Assembly (NCBI GenBank): GCA_002269645.1
Contig: NIVC01002750.1
Location: forward strand, 37,250-101,249
Length of the DNA stretch: 64,000 nt
Direction: 5' to 3'
DNA from: Macrostomum lignano
Taxonomy: Eukaryota
Shown here: positions 30,661 through 42,300 of the stretch, in pieces
How positions within the stretch are numbered: position 1 is the stretch's first letter
Layout: each line of letters opens with the position of its first letter
The notes under the pieces: model-generated
What the model saw: only the letters and a program-made list of their open reading frames with translations
Told to the model about the DNA's origin: nothing
The model's database searches: none
Program-made: the position numbers and the translations under genes

Positions 30661-32612
30661 TCACCCTGCAGTGGAAACCTTTCTAAACGTGTGCCGCAGA
30701 CAATTCGGCACGCAGGCACAATCGGCGTCTTCACTGCTAATACTGCAGTTGCAGTTGTTGTTTCCGTTGTTATTATTCGGCTTGCAATTCGAGCAGAGTC
30801 GAGACAGGGTGCGCCGCATTATCACCAATGGGCGATGCTTCTTGAAGACTTTGAAGAACCGACTTCGAACCAGCGCTGTCTGACTTGGCCAATAAAAGTT
30901 TAAAATGGTCTGACGAAATTCGAAATTCTTCTGCAGCAAGTCGATCTGTTGGGTCAGTAGAGCTACGCCAAAGTTTAACACAAAGACTGCTACTAGAAGA
31001 AACGTGCCCACTAGAGGCAGCAACGAGATGTAGTCGCTCACGCCAGGAAAGCTGGCGAGGCTGAATGCGCAGCGAAACGTACGGCCAATGTACTCCACGA
31101 CGCAAGCCCACGAGTAAAACGAGCATTCGATGAAAGGTTGGCTAAAAATCATTGTAACGGAAACCATTGACACCGGGAGCATTACGATCATCGTTACCTT
31201 TATTGTTGCGCTCATGCAGAAGGCAAGCTTGAAAAACACCTGATGAAATGAACTCATTTCGCACATGAAGAAATACAGCATGAGAAACGAAAACAAGATG
31301 TTGCACACAATGATGGTCTGCAGACGAGTTGGATCCACAATCAGACGACCGTCGAGTTCATAGTAGCTCGCAGGATCGTTAAAGAAGCTCTGCTCCAAGG
31401 CAATTGACAAAATCTGTTGGAAAAGGAAAACAATCAAAGACAGTTCTGTTAACCTTATCCCTCTCATTGCCAGAGCATCTTTACACAATTGCAGTCCAGT
31501 GTGACGCTTGCGCACCAACTTAAGCTGGCTTCGAAAGTCCGTCACTCTGGTAACTATCCAACAGGGTAGGAATAGTAAAAACCATGCCTGAAGAACAATT
31601 CGCAGGTACAAGACGGGCCTGAACCCGGATACGACAGAGGCTGGAATGAGCTGAAGATAAGACTGATTGGAATTGTCTGTACCAGCAAGGAACACCTGCA
31701 CATTGGAGTCGAACGTGTCCCTCGTGAATATCCGAACCATAAGTGTCAACAGCTCTGTCGTGTACAGAAACAAATAATAGAACAGTGTCACTAAAGACAT
31801 TGCTTGACTCTTTTTCAGGTGCAAAATGCTGGTGAAGTAGGCCTGTGTTGCCGGACTATTGTAAAAGCAAACATAGCCACTGGGAATGTTCTCACTCAGA
31901 ATGACTTGTCCGAGCCTGGTCAGATGCTGGAACGGAGATTTTAGGAATCGGTCACCGCCGTCGCTGCAGTAGCAGGAGAGGTCGAACTCCTGGATAGTCA
32001 GGCTCGGATCCGTTGGATGCCTCCGTTCTTTGAGTAGGTAGCCGGAGCGTTGGCGAACGCAGCGGCCAGATGAAAGCAGTCTCTGGCAGCAGCGTACTCA
32101 AGAACTGTCAAGCATTCGTCGGTCATTTCTACAGTGAGCAGTCGAGTACACGAGTCTCCATGCCGACGAGAGAGGCGGACAAAGAATCTGGCCAGCTGCA
32201 TCTCGTCAGTGGAACAGGCCAGACTGGAACAGCAGAAGTCAACCAGTTGGAACAAGGCGCATCTAGCGGTGTCCCACAAGTCGAGACTGACGATGAGGTC
32301 GATTGTCTCGCTGACCAACTTGTCGTCTCTCGATAGCAGAATGAGACCAAATGGCGACATCTTGAAGTGTTTGTCATCGAGCTCACCGTCCGGAACTGCA
32401 TCATCGTCGCGGCGGTCGCTGTCGCAGCAGAACCGACAGTCGTTGTGCCGAAGGCGAAGCAACTCAACGGGTCGACGCTTCAAAGCGGCCAGGAACTGGT
32501 CGAGATTGCTGTCGCACAGCAGCTCCATGGTCTCAAAGTCCGCATCGGTGACCAGCTCATCCACTGTATCGTGCATGCTCAAAACTTGTGTAGTCTTCGT
32601 TAAGCTTTGCAT
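30661..32612 (-). pseudogene. Divergent TRP-like channel, copy 1; one frameshift at ~32043
   Basis: ORFs 31998-32612 and 30661-31824 are near-identical to the 622 aa ORF at 46845-48713; GCCGGAGCG here versus GCCGGGAGCG in copies 2 and 3 (1 bp homopolymer deletion, could be an assembly error). Confidence 0.75.
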
Positions 32613-32974
32613 GATAGTGAACTTCGCTACAGTTGCTAGAAAGTCAAACTGACAAAAAAGTTAGCAACTGCGGGCTAACCAAATACTGCTTTATAACCGG
32701 ATTGTGTATTGACTTGATTAGTCCAGAGTCCATATTACCTGATCCCTTTTTCTGCAGATACTATATTGACTCTCAATCATCTGACTTAATCAACTTTATT
32801 TAGCTTTGTAACGGTCTCCCTCTCCCGCAATCAGCTAATTAATTAGTATTTGCAAGCGGCTCGTGGACTCTACCAACGAAATACCGGTATTTTTATTACT
32901 TAGCTATAGCCATCACTACAGTCAATAAAAGCTAGCTTTAACAGTAGGAATGCCAAGCCATTTTTCCGCCCTCG

Positions 32975-33395
32975 AACTACCAAGAGGGGGAATTTCCCCC
33001 CCCCCCTGACAATTTTTTTGCTGCGCCGGAACGGAGCAACGCAGGCACACGGAATTCAAGAACACGGGTAAACCTTTTGTTGCGCTCCTTCTTAAGCAAG
33101 AATCAAGTCGCCAGCCCTCCAGACCGTCGAGATATTCGACGATTCTGCCAGAAGGTCGGATTTTTCCCATAAGCGCTAGTGTAATCAGTACACCCTGTGC
33201 GCCAATCAGCCCTGCGCCTCAGTGCCGCCTTGCCAAGCCTCCAAATTTCATCTACACGTCGACCACATGTGTCTGCATCAGCTCTGACTTCATTGGTCAC
33301 TGGCCTTTACCCAGGCGGAGCTTCTGGACCTTCAACAGGTGGCGCAAGGTGACTAAGAGCACCCTGAACGAATTTCTCTAGTTTCGCCGATTAAG
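32975..33395. repeat. Unclassified interspersed repeat X (partial copy)
   Basis: Highly similar to 49835-50260 (same orientation) and to the reverse complement of 36650-37088. Confidence 0.8.
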
Positions 33396-34070
33396 CCTCG
33401 GCGTTAGAGTTGTTCATCGATACAGATGTAGGCTCCAGGCAGGACGGGCATTCTTGAAAAATGCTATAGAGAGCTCGTATGGCGTAGATGGGATCTCTGG
33501 CAGCCCTTGCAATCCGGCTCGCGCGACATTCAAACGAGAGACAACTCCATAATTGCGAAAATCTGTTTCTCGAGAAGCTTGTCACCAAAAAAGCGTGAAT
33601 CGGGTGACAGGAGTCGGCAGACCAAATTGGCTGTACACTTTGCGTTACGCATGTTGTGGGCTCCTAAATAAAGTAGTGCTCCAATGAAGCCTTCCATTTC
33701 AACAACATCACAGTCTTCGAAGTCACTACCAAGTCTGCGATGGCCAGTCTCATTTGTCGCTCTGACAATTTATTCAACAGCATCTCTGGGCAAAAAGAAT
33801 AGGACGCATTCCGTTGGCGAGTCGAAGGAAAAGTTTGGATTGATCTGCGGTTCCAAACGCAGCACAGAGTCGCTCGGCCATTGCCTTGGGTGCGGATGTT
33901 GAGTGCTATAGCTAGCTAAATTCATGGTTTAGCAGGGCGCGATCTCATGAATTAAATATACTTTGGGCGACTCCTCATCGGACAGAAACTCGTCAGCGTC
34001 AGCTTCCGAATCACTCGAATCGGTACTGGTCGATCTTGATTCGTCTGTTGGGTCAGAACCTTTGGCGTAT
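33395..34070 (-). mobile_element. piggyBac (PGBD4-like) transposase relic, N-terminal part
   Basis: Frameshifted translation FDSPTECVLFFLP...EMEGFIGALLYLG...SRNRFSQLWSCLSF...DPIYAIR...IDEQL (first catalytic Asp motif). Confidence 0.75.
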
Positions 34071-34479
34071 CTTCCGTTATAGCTCGCCATTGCATCTGGC
34101 GCAAAACTGCTTGTCTGATATCTGAAACTGAAAAAAATTCACTCTTGTCAGTTTTGGGCCAGTAAGTGAGGCCGGGTTTTGGGGTTTAGACCACAGACCA
34201 GTAAGTATCTAGACTGCGCAAGCCCCATTCCCTGCCTGGGCGTTTTTTGACAAAAACGCTGTGAAAAAATGGTCCCTTGCTCCCACCGAAAAAAATCGAT
34301 AGTATGTGAAGGTGAAGGGGAACAGGATAGTGGGTACAGAGCATTTTACTGGTCCTGGGGTTTCTAATTCACCTTTTATATGCGTTCAAATAAGCCATTC
34401 TCTCAGTGCTAAAACAACACAAAGTTTACCTACCTACTAGAATCAAACCGATTTCATTTAAGCAACTTTGTATCAAGCG

Positions 34480-36206
34480 ATGGAAGAAGTTAATTCCTCC
34501 AAGCCGTCGAAGACTCAAAAATGTGGCAGCTATTGCAGTGCTTTTGGTTGCACGAATAGCGCAGCTTCCACTTCCGGTCGAGTCTCCTTCCATTCCTTTC
34601 CCCAAGGACGATGAGACGAAGAAGAAGTGGTCGCAGCACTGAGGCGAAAAGACTTCAAACCGTCAAAAAGTTCAAAAGACTGCTCAGAACACTTTTCTGA
34701 GTCTTGTTTCAAAGAGCAGTTTGAAGGCTTCTTGCCCAACGCCAGGAGACAGTGTACGCTGTTCCTTCGATCTTTCCTGCGTTTCCAGAACATCTGCAGC
34801 CAGCTGAGAAGAAGAGAAAGACAATCACAGCAGGTGCGGTCACTCGAGAAGTTGATTTTGAAATATTTCAGGCGCCTCAAGAAGGCAACGAGACGAAATC
34901 TGATTTGGAAGCCATGACTATCAATGACGGACTTCCTCAGCCAGACCTTCATGCCAACTGTGTAATGTAAACAGGGAAGATTTCAATCAGGCTTTCCAAG
35001 AACTTTCTCATCGATGCAGCTCCGACGATGGCACAGCCTTTGACTACTGCAATGTAGTGGCCGATGAGATGTCATTGGAATCAATGATTGAATGGAATTC
35101 GAATGAAGGCATGTTCTTCGGCTATGTTGACAAAGGGATGGCAAGGCAAGTGATCAGGAGGCGACGTCGGCATTGGTAGTGATGGGTGTGGGTCTGAAGA
35201 ACTGTTGGAAGTTGCCATTGGGTTATTTTTAGTAAATGGTGTGGATGGTGAATTTTTGTCTAGTTGTAGAAGAATCAATTCAGAGGCTTTATCAGGTTGG
35301 CGTTTTCGCCACATCGTTCACATGCGATGGAACGCAGCACAACATTCGAGCTATTGAACTTCTTGGGCTAAAATTAGTTCTCCGGACTCAATTGTCGCCA
35401 CGTTCCCTCATCCTTGTGACCCAAGCATTCAGGTTTCTGCCTTCCTCGATCCGCCTCATATGTTGAAGCTGATTCGCAATCAGTGGCAATCAATGGCACG
35501 ATAGTTTGGCCGAATAGGGGAATATTGATTAAAATATGTTTCACTATTGCAGCAAGTTCAGAGAGTCACGGCACAAACTGGGAAATAACTAAGCAGGCAT
35601 CACATCAACTCTGCCAATTTAAAGATGCATCACATCAACTCTGCCAATTTAAAGATGAAGGTCTATTACCACCACCCCCAGCTAATTACCACCGCAGGGA
35701 GTCAGCAACTCAGCAAGTTTTGCTGAGTTGAGATTTAAGTTGAGAGTTAATCTCCAATTATCAGCAAGTTTTGGCCGGATTCGAGCACCATGATGTACTT
35801 GTGACGGAAGATTTTATTGAGCACATGAATGACTTGTTCGACGCCTTTAACTCCAAGCGACTAGTAAATTACGGGGCCAAAATGGCTCTAAGAGCTAGAC
35901 AACCAGTCGGACTTTGACTTCTTTACTGACTCGATTAAGCTTCTCGGAAGTCTTGAAAATCTGTCTGGACGCAAAATTGTTGAAACTGCAAAAAACAGGC
36001 TTTCTCGGTTCATGGTGAATTGTGAGGCTGTTATGGCCCTTGCCAAGTATTTGTTTTCAAGTTGTGCTTTTTTCTTTCTTTGCACTTACAAGTTGTCGCA
36101 CTATTTTTTTGAGGTATTTTTTAATGCCATCAGACTTCGAANNNNATATTTGAAGATGATGAAAAACGTTGCGATTGTTCGAGGATTTCTTGCGAGTGTA
36201 CAGTAG
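34480..36206 (+). pseudogene. THAP-domain P-element-like (THAP9-type) transposase, degenerate
   Basis: YCSAFGCTN...FHSFP...W...CSEHF...AVPSIF THAP signature across frameshifts, then DEMSL, FFGYVD, LPLGYF, TCDG..N, DPPHMLKLIRN, FEVFFNAIR transposase motifs; many stops and indels; 4-N gap at 36142-36145. Confidence 0.8.
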
Positions 36207-36329
36207 TAGCTATCGTGCTTTTACGCTAATTTTTGTTTGTTTTTTTCTTATAATACTATAGTAGTTAGCTTTACTTAATCCTAAATTCCATTTAAGTGAC
36301 AGTGAATTCAATAGGTTTTTTTATTTTTT

Positions 36330-37088
36330 AAAAGCAAAACCCTTTCTGCCTAAAAATTGGTTTTAATATTATAGTTGAATAAACTAAACAGCTTGTCAAA
36401 TAAATTTGTATGTATAAAAGTATGTGTATTAATACTAAAAATATACAGAAACATAAGTTCAAGCTTAACTATAGCAATGCCCGTGCTTAAAATAATTTTA
36501 AGAGCTCCATAAATGTTAAGATCATGATGAAAAATCACACTCGGGTGTCCTTACTCACCTGGTGCCACCTGTTGAAGGTGCCGACAGCGTCGGGGTGATG
36601 ACGGAATGCTTGAGAGACTAGCTGAGGATGTTCAGCAATTGAGGCTTGCCCACTGTCGAGGCTTGATCGGCGAAACTAGAGAAATCCGCATCAGGGTGCT
36701 CATAGTCACCTTGCGCCACCTGTTGAAGGTCCAGAAGCTCCGCCTGGGTAAAGGCCAGTGACCAATGAAGTCAGAGCTGATGCAGACACATGTGGTCGAC
36801 GTGTTGATGAAATTTGGAGGCTTGGCAAGGCTGCACTGAGGCGCAAGCTGATTGGCGCACAGGGGTGTACTGATTACACTAGCGCTTATGGGAAAAATCC
36901 GACCTTCTGGCAGAATCGTCGAATATCTCGACGGTCTGGAGGGCTGGCGACTTGATTCTTGCTTAAGAAGGAGCGCAACAAAAGGTTTACCCGTGTTCTT
37001 GAATTTCGTGTGCCTGCGTTGCTCCGTTCCGGCGCAGCAAAAAATTGTCAGGAGGAGGGATGGGGATTTTTCCCCCTTTCTTGGAAGT
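36330..37088. repeat. Unclassified interspersed repeat X (inverted copy)
   Basis: Reverse-complement match to 49835-50602. Confidence 0.8.
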
Positions 37089-37273
37089 TCTACTGTTAAT
37101 AATGCATTCCTATATTGGACTGGCAAACATAACACAATCGGAGTGGATGTGCAGGTAGCAGGGTTTCTCTGCAGGGTCTGCAGGGTCTGCAGGGTTTTCA
37201 GGGTTTCAGATATCTCAGAAAATCACAATCAGCTTCTTTCACAATTCCTACGCTTTGTGTCTCCGAAAACCTA

Positions 37274-37912
37274 TACTCAGCAACAGTCAAAAGTTCCACC
37301 CTCCAAATTGCGAAAACTTAACACTCACAATTCAATCCTCAAGTTACGCAACTAAGCCGCCGCGAGGAAGGGAAAGTTGCTTGAATATCAATACTTATAG
37401 TTGACGTCAGTCGCACAAAATCATAATTTTTTAAGCAATATTCAGTTAGGATCGCGATGCGTGTGGGATCCCCTCGCACGCAGAAGTGCGACGACTCTGC
37501 GGGGCATCCCAAGGATGAGGCAGCGCAGAAAGTCCCGAGGGAGCTGCTCCAAAGCGTTTTCAATGGCATGACGCAGAGCTCTCCGCAACATTCTGCGTGT
37601 AGATTATCTTTTCGAATGCTTCGTTTTAGGATGTCCCAGACATGCTCGATGGGATTCATGTCTGGGGACCGGGAAGGCCAGCGCAGAGTGCGCAGCTGTA
37701 GCTGTTCCTTCAGTTGACTACAGCATCGGCTTGGTGTGGCGGGGCGTTGTTCCTGGGCTTGGGTCTGCTTAATGTCCAGGCCTGGACCATTAAGCAGACC
37801 CAAGCCAACCCCAAGCGGCAATAAGCTTTGCGCGTGCCGTAGGTTGCGTCACTCACAATATGCGAAAAAATCATCTCGCTTAGTGGGTGGAACATTTGAC
37901 TGTTGCTGAGTA
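37274..37912 (-). mobile_element. Short non-autonomous Tc1-like element with TIRs and TA TSD
   Basis: TA|TACTCAGCAACAGTCAAAAGTTCCACCC ... GGGTGGAACATTTGACTGTTGCTGAGTA|TA; internal WPSRSPDMNPIEHVWD. Confidence 0.88.
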
Positions 37913-37914
37913 TA

Positions 37915-38035
37915 CATCACCGAAGCAGGCACACAAGAACGCGCGGAAACGCAGTCATACGCACAGGCACACACTCAGGAATGAACAGCAGCCCTAACTT
38001 TATTTATCGTTAGGCATGTACACTTCACTAGGGCA
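37915..38035 (-). mobile_element. SINE 3' fragment (same family as 6983 and 53850)
   Basis: CAGCCCTAACTTTATTTATCGTTAGGCATGTACACTTCACT nearly identical to 53908-53953. Confidence 0.65.
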
Positions 38036-38044
38036 CTAATGGAT

Positions 38045-38088
38045 CATCGCCTGATGATGCCACATGTGTGGCGAAACATGTCGCTAAG
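38045..38088 (+). ncRNA. Minimal type-I hammerhead ribozyme motif (Penelope-type), copy A
   Basis: CTGATGA-T-GCCAC-ATGT-GTGGC-GAA-ACATGT-C: catalytic core, 5 bp stem II, palindromic stem III, GUC triplet; stem I is weak. Confidence 0.6.
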
Positions 38089-38096
38089 CTAAAATA

Positions 38097-38705
38097 TACT
38101 CAGCAACAGCTAAACCCCCCCCCCAACTCACGCTGCCACACGGGCACAAAAGTTAAGCAATGTCTTTAATTCCAGTCTCAGTATCGTGTGTAGGAACCAC
38201 GAGCATGCAAAAGTGCCGTGACTCGTCGTGGCATCCTGATCACCAGCCGGTTGATGAACTCTTGGGGCAGCTGCTGCCAGGCATTCAGCACCGCCAGTCG
38301 CAACTTTTCAGCATTCTGTGGGGCATCCTGCTGAACTCTTCGCTTTACAAAGTCCCAGACATGCTCGATGGGGTTCATGTCTGGAGACTTTGACGGCCAG
38401 TTCAATGTGCGAATGCCGAGCTGCTCCAGCAGCTGCACGTGTGCTACTCGATGTGGCGCAGCGTTGTCGTCTTCAAGCATGCAGTTCTGCGGGCCGCCAA
38501 AGGTTGTCGTAGCAAATGGCAGAAACTTTGCAGCAATGCAGCCACCAGTGGGTTGAGTTGCGCCACCCCCTCCCCAAATCCCCCATGCCGCACTTTGCGC
38601 TCGCGTCTGGCGGCGGCAGCCTTCACACATTTCTGAGTCACCGATGGCATACAAAACTTTTAGGCCGTGTGACAGCGTGAGTGGGGGGTTTGCTGTTGCT
38701 GAGTA
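38097..38705 (-). mobile_element. Short non-autonomous Tc1-like (DD34E) element with TIRs and TA TSD
   Basis: TA|TACTCAGCAACAGC... and ...GCTGTTGCTGAGTA|TA; EDDNAAPHRV...WPSKSPDMNPIEHVWD; absent from the homologous sites at ~46189 and ~58426. Confidence 0.9.
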
Positions 38706-39303
38706 TATATCGTTCATAATCATCTTGTAAGATAACGCTCAAATGATAACGTTGTTATTATTACGAGCGTATTAGGCGTAGCAACCTACCAAAGCTATTC
38801 AAATTACAGAAAGAAACAGAGCAGAAAATGGCACAAGATTGCGCAAATGTTCGGTGCAGTACGCTCGTAAAAACAGAAAAAAGATTATATGTGCTTGACT
38901 ACTATGGTAAGTAGAATATGACATAAATATGATCAGAGAGTGAGGCGCGTATGCAAGTATGATGGTGCGAATATTAGCGCCGGCCCTCCAAGCCAATGAA
39001 GGCAATTCCCAAGATTGGAGAAAGAAAGGGAGGCGGTGTGAAGGAAATGAAGTGATATGATTCGGTATTTACAGGGCTACATTATTCTTCTCCTAAAACA
39101 GTGCAAGGTAGCCGTGCTAACCAAAAAATAATGTAGCACTACGAGTATACGGCGTCCAAGGTCCAAAAAATTATAATTACAACATTTAGCCAAATAATTA
39201 ATTTCGCTTTTGTCAAAAACAAAACTCCGGGAACTGCTTTCACTGGTTCTTAATCTGCACATGATGAAGCGTCGGCGCATTCACCCTGCAGTGGAAACCT
39301 TTC

Positions 39304-42300
39304 TGTACTGTAGAAATGAAGAGACCGATGGTCCGCCAAACTATTTTGGAGCTGAGGCTCAAGCGAGACGCTAACAAAACGAAAAACGTAAACAGTACAC
39401 AGGGCTCGCAAGCCCTCTCGATGCTATATTTATTTGCAAGTCAGCCAGAATATCAGTCAGCGGTGGGGGGTGGGTGAAATGGGCCTGGCTAGACCCGCGT
39501 ACAAGCGAAATGAATAAAGCAGTACATTAAATCATGCAATGGAAAGAAAATCAATAAGTTAATAATCTACCTCCCAAACATACCCCCACCTTGGCATAAC
39601 AATGACAAAAAACTATTCGAAGGATGATGGGATGAAATAAAAAACGAATATTAGAAAAGTATTCGAAAATTATGCATGATGCAAAATCAAATGCAAAAGC
39701 AAACAAGCAAACGTGGCATGAACATTGATGGCGACATTGTGAATGGTAGAAATTAGAGCAAAATATGAAGATAAATACGCAGATCGTAGATGACAATCGA
39801 AAATTTTGCAAAAGTACGTCAGCTATCAAGAAAAATTCAAAATTGAACACGAACGCAGACTTCCGCCACCAAACGCAACTGAAACAAAAACTTAAACAAT
39901 AATTGTAAGCATTGGACTATCAAAAGGTCGTAACTGGTGCAAAACTATGGAAAAACTATGCAAAACTACTTCTAAGCGCAGAAAATCAAGAAATATTAAG
40001 TAGAGCTCAAAGAATGCAAACATCGCTCGTAAAAAACTCAAAAAGCGCAAAAGACAAACCTTGCCAACAAATTCAATAGACCGTAACGTCCATCCAGCAA
40101 AAATTCACGTAAGAAAATATATAAATAATAAATAATGAATGTTATTCGCATTGCAAACTGAATACAAAAATTGGGTTATGACTGCAACACAGGGTGAATC
40201 CTATTAGCAGGAAAGAGAAAAAAGACAATACGAACAATTCAAAAAACAGGAAAATTGAAAAACTCATCAGAAGAATTGCAAAACCTGACAAAGTCAAATT
40301 CTCTAGCAAAGGTTCGCAAACTAACCTGCAGATATTGGACACAATTTTGTTATTGGTTTCATCATTGTGCGATCACCGACTCTGATTGAGGCGACTCTCA
40401 CGTGACCGTCCGAACCGCGCATGACCTCCAGCACGCGAGCCAGCGGCCAGTGACCCCGAGGCGAGTCGGGGCTCACCAGCAGCGCCACGTCTCCAGGTTG
40501 TAGGTCAGGCAGCTCGCGGCGCCACTTGCTCCGCGGTGCGAGTCCCGGCAGCCACTCGCGCAACCACCGGCGCCAGATCTGCGACACCAGCTGCTGAACG
40601 TGACGCCATCTTTTTGAAGGACTGCGGGCGATGGCAGCGTCGACCTCCGGTGCAAACTTCCCGCCGACTTGCCCGATGAGGAAGTGATTCGGCGTCAGCG
40701 GCACATCATCACTCGGATGCGCCGTCTGGTACGTCAACGGCCTTGAATTCAGAAGTGCCTCCGCTCCAGCAAACGCGCTTAGCAGCTCCTCATCCGTGAC
40801 GTCCGCCTCCTTCAGAACTGCCCAGATTGCCTTCTTCGCTGCTTTGATCATGATTTCGTGCACCCCACCGAAGTGCGGCGCAGCGGGCGGGTTGAAATGC
40901 CATCGCAACTGCTGAGAAGCCGTTCGCTGTTGAAGCTTCTGGGTATCCAAGACGTCGACTAGTTCTCGAAGCTCGCGCGCCGCACCGACGAAGTTCGTGC
41001 CGTTTTCCGAGAACAGCTCGATCGGTTGGCCTCGTCGACTGATCATCCGCTGTAGAGTCCGTAGGAAGGAATCGGTATCCATGCCGAATGCCACTTCCAG
41101 ATGTACAGCTCGCGTTGCCAAGCAGGTGAACAATGCCAGGTACCTTTTCTGCCGAGCCTTGCCACGGCCCTGCTTGGTGATGAATGGACCGGCAAAGTCG
41201 ACAGCGACCCGAGCGAAGGCACGAAGCGGCTCCTTGAATCGGCAAGCGGGAAAGGGGGGCCATAATCTGGCTGGCTGGTCTGGCTTTCCGTCGGCGACAT
41301 TCGGCGCACTTTGCTTCCCAAGACTTGATGGCTTCTCTGGCCGAGATGATCCAAAATCGGTTTGACAGTGCCACCAGAGTTTGGTTTGTGCCTAGATGTT
41401 GGACACTTTCGTGGTGATGCTTCACGATGAGCTCCGTCACGCGGTGTGATCTTGGCAGAATGATGGGAAATCGAGCGCTAAACGGTATCACATCGGCGAA
41501 TTTAGTCTCCCATCAGCGCGAAGCAGGTCGTTGACGTCGAGCTTCGGGTTCAAGTTAGAAATCACACTGCGTCCCGGCAACTGCTTTCCTGCTCGCAGAC
41601 AAGCGATCTCTTCCGCAAACGTTTCTTTCTGGGCTCTCTGGATGATCTTCGATTCAGCTGCTTCAATCTCTGCTGGTGATAGCTCGCCAGTATCTCGGTG
41701 TTCTTCATCAAACGGCAGTTGTTAGCGAACCTGGCCACCCAAGCGTGAACACGGACAGCTCTGATCCAGCTGGAGAAGCGCTCTGGCTCCAGTCGATGAT
41801 TGCGCTCTAGCACATCGGTGACATACGTTCTCTGGCTCTCACCGGCCGGCGACTGATCCTCGCATCTGCGTCTCTCTTCCACCTGCTCAGGAACCTGCAC
41901 TTTGTTACTTTGTTCTTTGGCCAATTCTCTGCCTCTTCTAAGAGAAACTGAGGTCCATGCCACCACAACTGGCTAGCCGCCACTGCCTTGATCGATAGTC
42001 CTCGAGAGAGCAGATCTGCCGGATTCTTTTCCGTCGAAACATATCTCCACTGGTTCGGCTCCGTTGAAGCTTGGATCTCGCCCACTCGAGAGGAGACAAA
42101 CGGCTTGAACATTTTTCCTCGGCCACGAATCCAGTACAACACGTTTAAGCTGTCAGACCAAAAAACTGCGTCACGAAGCGGCACTTGCAATGACTGCGCT
42201 ACTTTGCTTGCGAGTTGGACTCCCAGAACTGCTGCCATCAGCTCCAACCTCGGTGTACTCATGGTTGTGATTGGAGCTACTCGAGTCTTCGAGATGATAA

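Noticed and set aside
36142-36145. NNNN
   Set aside because: Assembly gap or ambiguity, not biological.
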